Shown here: positions 8,987-17,937 of the stretch, piece after piece
Layout of the letters: each line of letters opens with the position of its first letter
Position numbering within the stretch: the stretch's first letter is position 1
Source: a virus
Lineage: Duplodnaviria > Caudoviricetes
Virus record (IMG/VR): IMGVR_UViG_3300027749_004991
Span: 1 to 58,685 of that record
Strand: one strand, 5' to 3'
Length of the DNA: 58,685 nt
Notes under the pieces: generated by a model
Database searches by the model: none
What the model saw: only the letters and a program-made list of their open reading frames with translations
What the model was told of the DNA's origin: nothing
Made by a program: the position numbers and the translations under genes

Positions 8987-9361
8987 TTAATTTTTATCAA
9001 ATTTAATGCTGTTAGGCTTTGTCTCTCTAATATAGACTTCACCATATGCTTCTAATTGACCCATAACATGTTGAAATTCACGCTGAGACATACTCTTCCA
9101 GTCTTTGAGCTTATCCCAGCATGCATCTGCTTTCTTCTCTATGAATGAAACGTCATTCTGATGATCTATACATTCTTGATAAGGCTTTTCTTTAGCCTTA
9201 AAGTGAATAGCTGTTAATACTGCATAACCACCTTTCTTCTGTGATTGATTAGCAATTTTTCTCGCCCCGGCTTGTCTCGTAGTAAGAAAGTCCTGCAGCT
9301 TATCATCTATTGCTGTAATAGACTTCTTAATGGATTCGAGTACTATATCGAACGTAAACAT
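8987..9361 (-). CDS. Hypothetical late protein, possible internal head protein
   Basis: Start moved to ATG 9361 after TATAAATA-N5; begins MFTFDIVLE. Confidence 0.6.
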   Translation of the reverse strand: MFTFDIVLESIKKSITAIDDKLQDFLTTRQAGARKIANQSQKKGGYAVLTAIHFKAKEKPYQECIDHQNDVSFIEKKADACWDKLKDWKSMSQREFQHVMGQLEAYGEVYIRETKPNSIKFDKN

Positions 9362-9428
9362 ATCATTATTTATAATGACCCTGGAATATAAACAAAAAAG
9401 AACCACCCCAGCTCGACTAAATATTTAC

Positions 9429-10208
9429 ATGAGTAAGAAAATTCATGAGCTGTATATCACTAGAAATCTAGTTAATGGGAACGTATATGGTGGCAAACAC
9501 GTATATACAACCAAGAGAGGTAGATATCTTGGATCTGGATATAGATTAAAGAGAGCTATAAAGAAATACGGTATAGAGAATTTCGATGTACGTATTCTAC
9601 GGTTACAAATAGATAATATCGAGGATCTAAATAGAAGAGAAATTAGACTTATTAGACTATTAAAATATATATTTAAAGATCGATGTTATAATATTCATCG
9701 AGGTGGTGTAGGTGGAGACTATTACATGTATCTAGAGCCTGCAGAGCGGTTAGAAGTTAATCGTAAAATAAGTGATAGTAAAAAACGACAGTACGAAGCT
9801 GGGGAAACAGATTTACAACAACAAGGTAGAAAAAAACAAGCAGCGGCGCTAAGAGTCAAAAATAAACTAGACCTAGAGTTTATTGACCGTATGACCGTAA
9901 TACATCGAGAGGCTGGAAAGAGGCTTTCTGATAGGATTGCCAGCTCAGGTCTAACAGATCGTGAGAAAGAGCGTAATAAAAATAATAGTGTAAATGGACT
10001 TAAACAAATTAAATTTAAAATAATTTACCCTAACGGCGATATAATGATTGAAAATATTAGTTCGAAGAAATTTAAAATAAAATATAAAACTGATGACTCA
10101 CTTTTTAGCACTCTAGCTCGTGAAGGTTACTTTATAATAAAGAAAAGATTACCTATTACTAAACATTTATTTCCTAGAGGTACTGAGTTTATTATATTAA
10201 AAGAATGA
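9429..10208 (+). mobile_element. Free-standing GIY-YIG (Seg-like) homing endonuclease gene
   Basis: ELYITRNLVNGNVYGGKH...YLGSG...AIKKYGIENF...RE...YNI GIY-YIG domain (variant); opposite strand to neighbours, flanked by GAACC direct repeats. Confidence 0.8.
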
Positions 10209-10236
10209 ACCGAAGGGTCTTCGGCCCCTTCGGTTC
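10207..10236. terminator. GC-rich hairpin with cUUCGg loop downstream of gp23
   Basis: GAACCGAAGGG t cTTCGg c CCCTTCGGTTC; lacks an adjacent U-tract on the gp23 strand. Confidence 0.75.
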
Positions 10237-10282
10237 TAAGTTTCTTTGGTTGCAATTCCCTGAAAGCTAACCAGTTATTTAC

Positions 10283-11779
10283 TCAAAAATATACTGATTG
10301 CGTAGCAGGTGTAAACGCTGCACCAAGACCCTGAACAATAACAACGTGGTAGTAGAGGTTTGCTCCAAAGATATTGTCTACAACGCCGTAACGGGTAAGT
10401 AGACCAACGCGTGGTGCGAAGTCGTTTGGACCAATAGTTCTCTGAACCATGATAGGAATGTAAGGGCAATAGATGATACCAGTGTCGTAGAACTCTGAAC
10501 CTTTATAACCAAGTAGCGCGTACTCAGGAGCAGTAGACTGAGAACCATAACCTACGTTACCGTAGATTGTAGAGTTCTGTACTTCTGTACGAGTATCACG
10601 ATACACTGTGAATCTTCCACCAACGGAACCTACCTTAGCAATGCCAACTGGTTGAGTTGAAACATCACCTTGAACAGGTACCCACTGGAATTCAGGAAGC
10701 ATTTCAAGAATCGCGCAAACTCTTGGAGTTGCGACGATGAAGTTAGCAGCACCGCGTCTATTACGGACAGCGATTCTGTTTGCTTCAATGATAAGCTTCT
10801 GATAGAAGTCACGGTTTCTCTCAACGAGCCATCTGCCGTCTGCTGAAGCTGGAGACCAGAAAGAGAAGCCAGAACCGTACCCTGCATTGAGGGCGGACTG
10901 GACCATTCTCATGATCATTTCACGGTCGATTTCTGCTTGGATCTCATAGCTCATCGCATTTGTGATCTCAGCATCAATATCGATACCGTTCATGTTCTTA
11001 AGGTCTTGTTCTAGTTCAACGGACCAGCGTGCACCAAGTCTACGAGTACCAGCTTCAACAGCTGTCTTTTCGAACTTGACTTCAACCTGTGGTATGTTAC
11101 CAGTGATTTCAAACGCAGATAGGATCTGGGCAACGCCCTGATCTTGTGCTGCGAATGTCCACGCACCTGTTGCACCAGAGAGCTTCTGTGAAGAAGCACC
11201 AGTGAAACGAGTGTCGAGGAACTGATAACCTAATTCGTTAGTTGTATTTGGTAGACTACCACCAATACCGGTATAACCGGCATTTACGCCTGGAATGGTA
11301 CCTGCACCACCAACGGTAGTACCAGAATACGATGTACCATCAACACCCTGGCCAAGGCCTTGGGATTGATAACCATAACGTAGGGCGAATGCAAGTCCTA
11401 CTGGACCTGACATAGGTTGCACACCAACGATGTCGTTGGAGATAAGCTCAGGGAAGGTACGACGGATCATCGGAATGAGGATCTTTGGAAGACGTGAGTC
11501 ACCACTTGCGTAGTTGTCACCGCTGTTGATAGCGTTAGTACCTGGATTATACATCTGGTTACTGCCTGCGCTACCAAATACACCGCCGCTACCGGCTGTG
11601 TTAGCCTCATTACACCATTGTTCTTGATTCTCAAGAAGAATAGCTGTATTAAGTCTGGTATTCTCATTTCCGATAGCCTTAACTGAATCTGACGAATAGT
11701 CAAGAACTGGAGCCCACTTCTCGAGTAGTGCTTCAGCTCTATTTTTATCTACAAATGCTTGTGTTGGACGTATTTTCAT
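10283..11779 (-). CDS. gp23: Major capsid protein (T4 gp23 family)
   Basis: LLEKWAPVL, TAILLENQ, IRRTFPELI..DIVGVQPMSGPVGLAFALR, ELEQDLK, YCPYIP, TRYG. Confidence 0.97.
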   Translation of the reverse strand: MKIRPTQAFVDKNRAEALLEKWAPVLDYSSDSVKAIGNENTRLNTAILLENQEQWCNEANTAGSGGVFGSAGSNQMYNPGTNAINSGDNYASGDSRLPKILIPMIRRTFPELISNDIVGVQPMSGPVGLAFALRYGYQSQGLGQGVDGTSYSGTTVGGAGTIPGVNAGYTGIGGSLPNTTNELGYQFLDTRFTGASSQKLSGATGAWTFAAQDQGVAQILSAFEITGNIPQVEVKFEKTAVEAGTRRLGARWSVELEQDLKNMNGIDIDAEITNAMSYEIQAEIDREMIMRMVQSALNAGYGSGFSFWSPASADGRWLVERNRDFYQKLIIEANRIAVRNRRGAANFIVATPRVCAILEMLPEFQWVPVQGDVSTQPVGIAKVGSVGGRFTVYRDTRTEVQNSTIYGNVGYGSQSTAPEYALLGYKGSEFYDTGIIYCPYIPIMVQRTIGPNDFAPRVGLLTRYGVVDNIFGANLYYHVVIVQGLGAAFTPATQSVYF

Positions 11780-11853
11780 GTTTGCTTTTTCCTTTTTTTC
11801 TAACTCAGGTCTAAATTGACCTCATTGTTCAGGGTTAAAAATCTGTAACGTTA

Positions 11854-12711
11854 TTATTTATACTTCTGTAGCTCAGAAATATAAGGATTTATAACTTTTA
11901 TGGGATTTTTTGCTTGAACCGATTCCCTAATGATAGGAGCGTCAGCTTTTACTCTTCTATTATCAAAAGCTTCTTCTTTGAGGATATCGATTCTTTCTTT
12001 TTCCTTCTTTTCGAAAAGTCTTAAAGTATAATCGAAGTTTTCTTCGATAAACTTAGGAGTCTTATCACCAAGAACTCTCTTAAGATATTCTTTCTTTTTC
12101 TCAGGTAAGCCCGAAGTCTTATTTTCAAGAACAAGTGCTGCCTTAGTCTTGAGGAAGTTTTCCTTGAGAAGACCGTTTTCCTTAGAAAGCTGTTCAACCT
12201 TAGCAGATAGCTCGTCGATTTGCTTCTTACCATCAACAAGTGCTGGCTTAACAGACTCTGACATAAGAGCAGAATCGATTGCAAGTACCTTACGAAGATT
12301 GCCAAGTACTTCGATAGCTGTTTTGTTCTTTGTAGCTTCTGAAATTGCTTCAGCTGGAATAGCTTCATCAAGAAACTCTTCAAGATAAGTTGAAATAGTC
12401 TCTACAAGAGTATTCTTTAGTTGTTTTGCTTCTACTGTAAGCGCTCTATCATAACGCTTAACAACGTTAATAAGCTTACCAGCATTGCTCTTATCGATAG
12501 CTTCAACAACTCTTGTAAGCTTAGAAGTGTGATCTTTGTCGATCGCCTTCATTAACTTTTCGAGCTTTTCTGCATAAAGATCGTCTTGTGCTGTTAGAGC
12601 AGACTCAACAGATAGCTTAAGCTTCTTCTGAAAAGCGGTTTCAATAATGTTGAGAGATTCTTCAGAAAGAACCTGCTTAGCGTCATCAGTTAGTAGAGAT
12701 TTAACTTTCAT
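11854..12711 (-). CDS. gp22: Prohead core scaffold protein (gp22-like)
   Basis: Coiled-coil E/K-rich 285 aa immediately upstream of gp23; LSEES..IIETAF and LVETISTYLE segments. Confidence 0.8.
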   Translation of the reverse strand: MKVKSLLTDDAKQVLSEESLNIIETAFQKKLKLSVESALTAQDDLYAEKLEKLMKAIDKDHTSKLTRVVEAIDKSNAGKLINVVKRYDRALTVEAKQLKNTLVETISTYLEEFLDEAIPAEAISEATKNKTAIEVLGNLRKVLAIDSALMSESVKPALVDGKKQIDELSAKVEQLSKENGLLKENFLKTKAALVLENKTSGLPEKKKEYLKRVLGDKTPKFIEENFDYTLRLFEKKEKERIDILKEEAFDNRRVKADAPIIRESVQAKNPIKVINPYISELQKYK

Positions 12712-13001
12712 ATTGTGAAGAGGGGTTCATTAAGTGAATTTTTAATTCTAGTTTGAATTTTATCAGTAATAATGGCCTTTAAATATTTATTTGCCTCGGC
12801 ATATTTTTTTGAAGAAACTGCGGTAATAAAGTTAGTAATGTCAGCAGACTCTTTAAGCTTTTTACGCTTAGCATTACGAATAGCTTTATCTTTGCTTCCC
12901 ATATATTCATCAGTAGGTGATTCTACCTTACCATCACGATCATAATCTTTCGTAGCTTTCTTACGAGTAGATGGTTTTGTTTTAGTTTTTGTTTTAGCCA
13001 T
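12708..13001 (-). CDS. Small prohead core protein (gp67/gp68-like)
   Basis: Between gp21 and gp22, own TATAAATA; LKE cleavage-like site; DYDRDGKVE EF-hand-like motif. Confidence 0.5.
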   Translation of the reverse strand: MAKTKTKTKPSTRKKATKDYDRDGKVESPTDEYMGSKDKAIRNAKRKKLKESADITNFITAVSSKKYAEANKYLKAIITDKIQTRIKNSLNEPLFTI

Positions 13002-13009
13002 GTTAATAT

Positions 13010-13675
13010 TTATATACTTTGTATAAATTTAAGGATTTGTTCGCGTAAGAAAAAGTCAACACCCTTTTTAGGTAGATTACGTAGAGACTTTTCAAAAGAC
13101 TCATACACTTCTTCATACTTACCATTTTCTGCAACTACCCATTGCTTAGATTCAAGTATACCATTAACGAAAGCTTTAGGGAAAGAGGGATCAGCAACAC
13201 AGTCAACAGCAACTAATTTTAAATTACGTACAACATTGTGATTTGAACCTTCTTCAAGTGTACCTAAAGCTCTTGATGACATACCTACTTTTACACCATC
13301 ATTAATCAACGACTTAACTATTAGACCACAAGGAGTTGAGAGGACTTTTGACTTACCAAAGAATACATTGTTGTCTTCATATAGCTCAGTAACGATATGG
13401 CATGCTCTTTCAAGATCAACATCAGCAGTCGTTGGGTGATTCAACTCACCCATGGCACGACCTGGAATAACCATTTCTTCATTATATCGTTGAACTTCAC
13501 GTCTAAGCTCTTCAATTGGGTATAGGCGCTTGTTTTTATTAACACCTTCAGCCATCATATATGGACCCTTAATATAGAGCGTAGAAGGTGAATTTCTATT
13601 GGATTCTTCTACTACGTATTCGAATTGATCCTCAAGTGCCGGTTTCTCTACTAATAGGTTAAGCTTTAATGCCAT
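13010..13675 (-). CDS. gp21: Prohead maturation protease
   Basis: YIKGPYM, NKNKRLYP, AMGELNHP, GMSSRALG, VDCVADPS. Confidence 0.95.
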   Translation of the reverse strand: MALKLNLLVEKPALEDQFEYVVEESNRNSPSTLYIKGPYMMAEGVNKNKRLYPIEELRREVQRYNEEMVIPGRAMGELNHPTTADVDLERACHIVTELYEDNNVFFGKSKVLSTPCGLIVKSLINDGVKVGMSSRALGTLEEGSNHNVVRNLKLVAVDCVADPSFPKAFVNGILESKQWVVAENGKYEEVYESFEKSLRNLPKKGVDFFLREQILKFIQSI

Positions 13676-13720
13676 ATTGTTATTTATAGCTAATGCGTTA
13701 AAATCTACATATAGTATTAT

Positions 13721-14161
13721 TTAACCTATCTCTTTTTCTGTTAAAATTAAGAAATCCATACTTCTCTTCTTACAGAACTCTCTCGCTGCTTGCCATTTAG
13801 CTTGATTTACAACATACATCGATTGCTCGTATATTAAATGCTCCTTCTTTTTATACTTTGTATTAGGAGGAGCTGTTTGTCTTGAAGGTTTTATTTCAAC
13901 TAAATACCTTTTAATCACGTTACCTTCTTTTATAGCAACGAAATTATCTACAAAATATCTATGAGCTCTGCCGTCTAAAGGCGATATGTATGGTATAATT
14001 ACATTTTCAGATCCCCACATAACTACATTGGAGTTATTATCACAAAACCTCATAAACTTAAGCTCCAATCCAGATCTATAAAACGCCTTCGCTCCTATAA
14101 ATTTACCTTTATTTATAGGAACGAAAACACCCTGTCTATATTTGGAGTTCTTAGAGTTCAT
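13721..14161 (-). CDS. gp4: Head completion nuclease-fold protein (T4 gp4 family)
   Basis: YRSGLE.KFM..CD, WGSE..IPY.SP.D...HRYFVD, LVEIKP..QT, VNQAKW.AA, LTEKE. Confidence 0.92.
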   Translation of the reverse strand: MNSKNSKYRQGVFVPINKGKFIGAKAFYRSGLELKFMRFCDNNSNVVMWGSENVIIPYISPLDGRAHRYFVDNFVAIKEGNVIKRYLVEIKPSRQTAPPNTKYKKKEHLIYEQSMYVVNQAKWQAAREFCKKRSMDFLILTEKEIG

Positions 14162-14517
14162 TATTCATAAGGAACTATCTCTATATTACGTAATGCTCTA
14201 CAAAAAGTATTTTTAATTGCACTATATGCTGAGGCACTTCCGATTTTAAGTTTAAAAGGTAGTCTTTTAGATAAAGCGTAATTGTCACTACACGCGTCAC
14301 TTATAACATCATAATTAAACCACTTAGAATCTTCTCGAATTAAGCCACCTTGAACTATATCTGTTCTATATTCAACTATTACCTTATCTTTATAAGGACT
14401 AGTTTCAATAACTCTATCACCAGCTTGGTCATATGAGTGTATAATCCAACCTATATCAACATCAAAATGCGAAGAAGGACCTTTAATCTGGTATATTGTA
14501 TACGGCTTATATCTCAT
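14161..14517 (-). CDS. Hypothetical protein
   Basis: 118 aa ORF co-oriented, abutting gp4 (TAATG). Confidence 0.55.
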   Translation of the reverse strand: MRYKPYTIYQIKGPSSHFDVDIGWIIHSYDQAGDRVIETSPYKDKVIVEYRTDIVQGGLIREDSKWFNYDVISDACSDNYALSKRLPFKLKIGSASAYSAIKNTFCRALRNIEIVPYE

Positions 14518-14536
14518 AACTATGTACTTTAATTTA

Positions 14537-14881
14537 TTACACTGATAATGTCTCTACCACCCACGTTTCTACCGCATCAAGAGGAGCATACCTAATTTCA
14601 AAAGGAAGTTTATCGTATAAACTATCGTTCAGAAATATTCCACAGTTAAAGAAAGGATGATTCTCATAAAATGCAATAATGTAACTGTCTTGGTCATCGT
14701 CGTAACTACTATATTCTGTAAACCACTGAAAGTCTTTACCTCTATTCCATGTAAAATAGCCATCCTCAAGTTCTTCTACAGTATCAATTGTAGCATTTAT
14801 ATTATACGGATCCGCCATATCCGTATATCTATATGACGGATTATCGTCACCGAAATCTATTTTTATACATGTATATCTCAT
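14537..14881 (-). CDS. Hypothetical acidic protein
   Basis: 114 aa D/Y-rich ORF co-oriented between gp13 and gp4. Confidence 0.55.
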   Translation of the reverse strand: MRYTCIKIDFGDDNPSYRYTDMADPYNINATIDTVEELEDGYFTWNRGKDFQWFTEYSSYDDDQDSYIIAFYENHPFFNCGIFLNDSLYDKLPFEIRYAPLDAVETWVVETLSV

Positions 14882-14954
14882 ATTGGTTTATAGTAAATTG
14901 TTTCGCCGTGAATAAGGGGTGTTTGTATTTGACTGGCTCTTTACTGTATATACA

Positions 14955-16100
14955 CTATCCTATGAAAAATATTGGTGGATCTGCGTCGCCAAATCCTGCT
15001 GATGCACCTGTTAATAACATTTGCTCAAGATCTTTTTTCTCAGTTAAACCTTCTTGTAATAAATCTGCATTTAGAGTACCACCACCAAGTAACGCAACAC
15101 CTGTAAATCGACCACGAACACGACCTATAACTATCTTCGTTAGAGCTACAGCGTATTCATACACCCATTGTTCCTTTACAAGATCTCTAATTGGTCGTTC
15201 AAGATAACAAGCTAATACACCATAGAATCTACTCGCACCAGGTTGCGGGTACATTTGTAGGTACTGTGTTCGTTCATCGAACTTAATATCACGTCTAGTT
15301 GCTAACATCTTTTCTCTTGTTTTCGTCCATTCTTTTAAAGTGTACCAAGATACTAAGTCAAAGCCGTAGTTACCTAATGCATAACTGAAATATGTTTGTT
15401 GAGCAAGAGTTTGTTCAAGAGTGAATAAAGTATTTACACCTTCATTAGAGCCTTCTTCGAACTCAGTGACTGTTATGACTTTTCTATAATCCATCGCATC
15501 ATAATCAAATACGTTTGAATATTCTACGGCGGATGAGTCTGTACCTTGTAACGATACGCCCTTCTTAACAGATGCTCTAAAATTTGATGTCAGTGCAGGG
15601 TTAAACGATGTGACAGAGCTGTATAGTGATGTATCTAATATCTCAAATTCAGGCATACCACTTGAAAATAAACTCGATAGAGCAGACGAACTAGCAAATG
15701 TAGTAGCAGGTACGGCTGAAGTGTTAACGTAAACTGTTTGTGGTAATTCAACAGTAAAGTCTGGTCCAGCCCAAATCGGTGTGTTTGCTATTTTTTGTGC
15801 ATTTGTAGCGTTTGATTTAGCAAGTGTGAATAACTGATCTATTCTTATACCTCTATTTTTCTGGTATATTCTTGAATCAAATATCAAAAATTCCTTTGTA
15901 TACCCTGCAAACTTTGAAAAATACTCTACTGCAATTTGTATGTTTTGGAATAACTGGTCAGAGTGTACTTCTAGTGTTATTAGAGGGTATCCTAATGATC
16001 GTTTTATACGATCTGCGAGATCGTTAAATGTTTCTAGTTTACTATTTAAATTAGTAGACTGGAATGCTGATACAGGTAAAACTTCACAAGCTAGCGACAT
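14955..16100 (-). CDS. gp13: Neck protein (T4 gp13 family)
   Basis: IKRSLGYPLITLEV..DQL, WVYEYAVALTK..IGRVRGRF.GV.LLGGGTLN. Confidence 0.88.
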   Translation of the reverse strand: MSLACEVLPVSAFQSTNLNSKLETFNDLADRIKRSLGYPLITLEVHSDQLFQNIQIAVEYFSKFAGYTKEFLIFDSRIYQKNRGIRIDQLFTLAKSNATNAQKIANTPIWAGPDFTVELPQTVYVNTSAVPATTFASSSALSSLFSSGMPEFEILDTSLYSSVTSFNPALTSNFRASVKKGVSLQGTDSSAVEYSNVFDYDAMDYRKVITVTEFEEGSNEGVNTLFTLEQTLAQQTYFSYALGNYGFDLVSWYTLKEWTKTREKMLATRRDIKFDERTQYLQMYPQPGASRFYGVLACYLERPIRDLVKEQWVYEYAVALTKIVIGRVRGRFTGVALLGGGTLNADLLQEGLTEKKDLEQMLLTGASAGFGDADPPIFFIG

Positions 16101-16115
16101 ATGTATATTTAGTCA

Positions 16116-17921
16116 TTATTCTGCTGGAGGTGGTGTTTCAGCCTCAGTTTCTGGAGCAGGTGCTCCACCTGTAGCAGCTTCACCACCGAATTCAGGAGGT
16201 GCTCCACCACCACCCATAGCAGCTCCTAAGCCACCACCTGGCATTTCTCCACCAGCAGCGCCTTCAGCTCCAGCACTGATATCACCAGCAATAACAACTT
16301 CTCTCCAAGCTGGACCACTTGTAGATATTTGACCGAGCTCCCACTGAAGTTCAGCATCTTTACGTAAGAACTCTCTGTTAGCAAGAATGTCCTTATCTTT
16401 CCAGCCGAGATACTTCTTCTGTGCGAAGGTCTTAGATACAAACTCACCACTACTAATGGCACCGTAAGACTGAGCTTTCATTTCGAGTTTCTGATTCTCT
16501 CTTAGTTCGTAGAAGTTTGTTGGTGGATTAAATGCTATTTCTAAGTTAGTTTCATTTAACTCTAGTTTATCCCAAATACCTTTTAGTTGAAGGTGCGTTA
16601 TAAAGCCTTTCTTCATACCTGAAGCAAAGCGTTGTTGCTGTCTCATAATGAAACGAGCAAACTTTAATTCTTCTCTAAGGATTTCAGCACCATCTCTAAA
16701 TGCATCTTGTGGATCGAGTCTTGATGCAGGTACTTTTAGTGATCTATAGAGCTTCTTAATGAAGTACATTAAGTCTGATAACTCACCTAGGTTTTGACCA
16801 CCTGCTAGCTGACTCACACTTGAACCTTCCGAACCAGCACGCTTTGGAAACCAGAATGCGTCTAGCATAGACTGTGGGTTAAACTTCTTAACTACATCTG
16901 CTTGATCAATATCAAATGTTTTTGATGACCAGTAATTGCTTATTAATTTCTTGAGATATGCTTCAGCTTTTGGAGCTGCCATATTACCTACATCAACGTT
17001 GAATACAAGACGCTCAGGTGCACGAACCAATCTGTAGATGACGATAGCATCTTCAATTAAAGATAACTGTCTGTACGAACGGCGGGCATTTTCTAAGAAT
17101 GGTAGAACCATTGTCATGCTCTCATTCATTACACCAGAGTTAATGTACACTATTTGATTTTCATCTACCGGTACAAATTCTGTTCTCGCAGCTTTATCCG
17201 GCTTTGAAGGATCAAAGACAGGCTTCTTGTAAATGAAACCCTTAACCATTAAGTTTTGTATGTTGTTATACACTGGATCGATTAACTCACTTGGTAAGTT
17301 AATTATGCCCAATACACCTTCATGTGCGTAATCTTTATGAATAATGAGTTCGAAGAACAATTCACCCTCTATTAACAATTGTCTAACATACTGCCAACCT
17401 TTATTCTTTAAATCGAAGTAGTTAATATATTTTGAAAACTCTTCGTCAAGGCTTTCTTTTTCTGAAGATGATAAGTCAACTTGCTTATACTTAATTGTCA
17501 ATTCTGCTCCGTTTTCATCGGTATTAATAGCTTCATCACAAATTTCATCTAGCGCATCAGCAACATCCGAATACGCAGCAATTACTCGATAGTCTCTTAA
17601 TCTTGCACCTTTATTTTCTTCGATGTTAGCATACATTACCTGACCGAATGAAGTATCCTTACCCATCGAGCCGATAGGCATATTGTTATACTCATTCGAG
17701 ATAGATATTGAATTCTTAGCAAGTGCTTCAGATCTTCTTATACCAGTGTCAGCGAAGATCTTATATTTTGGATTTAAATCGTTTTGATTTGGATCAATAA
17801 TGTTAGAATAAGGTAACTTATTCTGAATATAAGACATTAAATTTCTACCAAATGTAGATGATCTACCATCATTTCCTACATAATTTCGATTTTGAGTTGA
17901 TGTGGTGCTTGAATCTGCCAT
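16116..17921 (-). CDS. gp20: Portal vertex protein
   Basis: QLSLIEDAIVIYRLVRAPERLVFNVDVGNM...KAEAY, FWFP, LAGGQNLG, LYRSLKVPASRL, EILREELKF. Confidence 0.97.
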   Translation of the reverse strand: MADSSTTSTQNRNYVGNDGRSSTFGRNLMSYIQNKLPYSNIIDPNQNDLNPKYKIFADTGIRRSEALAKNSISISNEYNNMPIGSMGKDTSFGQVMYANIEENKGARLRDYRVIAAYSDVADALDEICDEAINTDENGAELTIKYKQVDLSSSEKESLDEEFSKYINYFDLKNKGWQYVRQLLIEGELFFELIIHKDYAHEGVLGIINLPSELIDPVYNNIQNLMVKGFIYKKPVFDPSKPDKAARTEFVPVDENQIVYINSGVMNESMTMVLPFLENARRSYRQLSLIEDAIVIYRLVRAPERLVFNVDVGNMAAPKAEAYLKKLISNYWSSKTFDIDQADVVKKFNPQSMLDAFWFPKRAGSEGSSVSQLAGGQNLGELSDLMYFIKKLYRSLKVPASRLDPQDAFRDGAEILREELKFARFIMRQQQRFASGMKKGFITHLQLKGIWDKLELNETNLEIAFNPPTNFYELRENQKLEMKAQSYGAISSGEFVSKTFAQKKYLGWKDKDILANREFLRKDAELQWELGQISTSGPAWREVVIAGDISAGAEGAAGGEMPGGGLGAAMGGGGAPPEFGGEAATGGAPAPETEAETPPPAE

Positions 17922-17937
17922 CTGTGTTATTATTTAA

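Noticed and set aside
9330-9428. Apparent head-to-head overlap of ORFs 8987-9406 and 9330-10208
   Set aside because: Artefact of longest-ORF calling; promoter-adjacent starts at 9361 and 9429 remove the overlap
15940-16332. 130-aa Pro/Ala-rich plus-strand ORF
   Set aside because: Antisense shadow of the Gly/Pro/Glu-rich portal C-terminal tail
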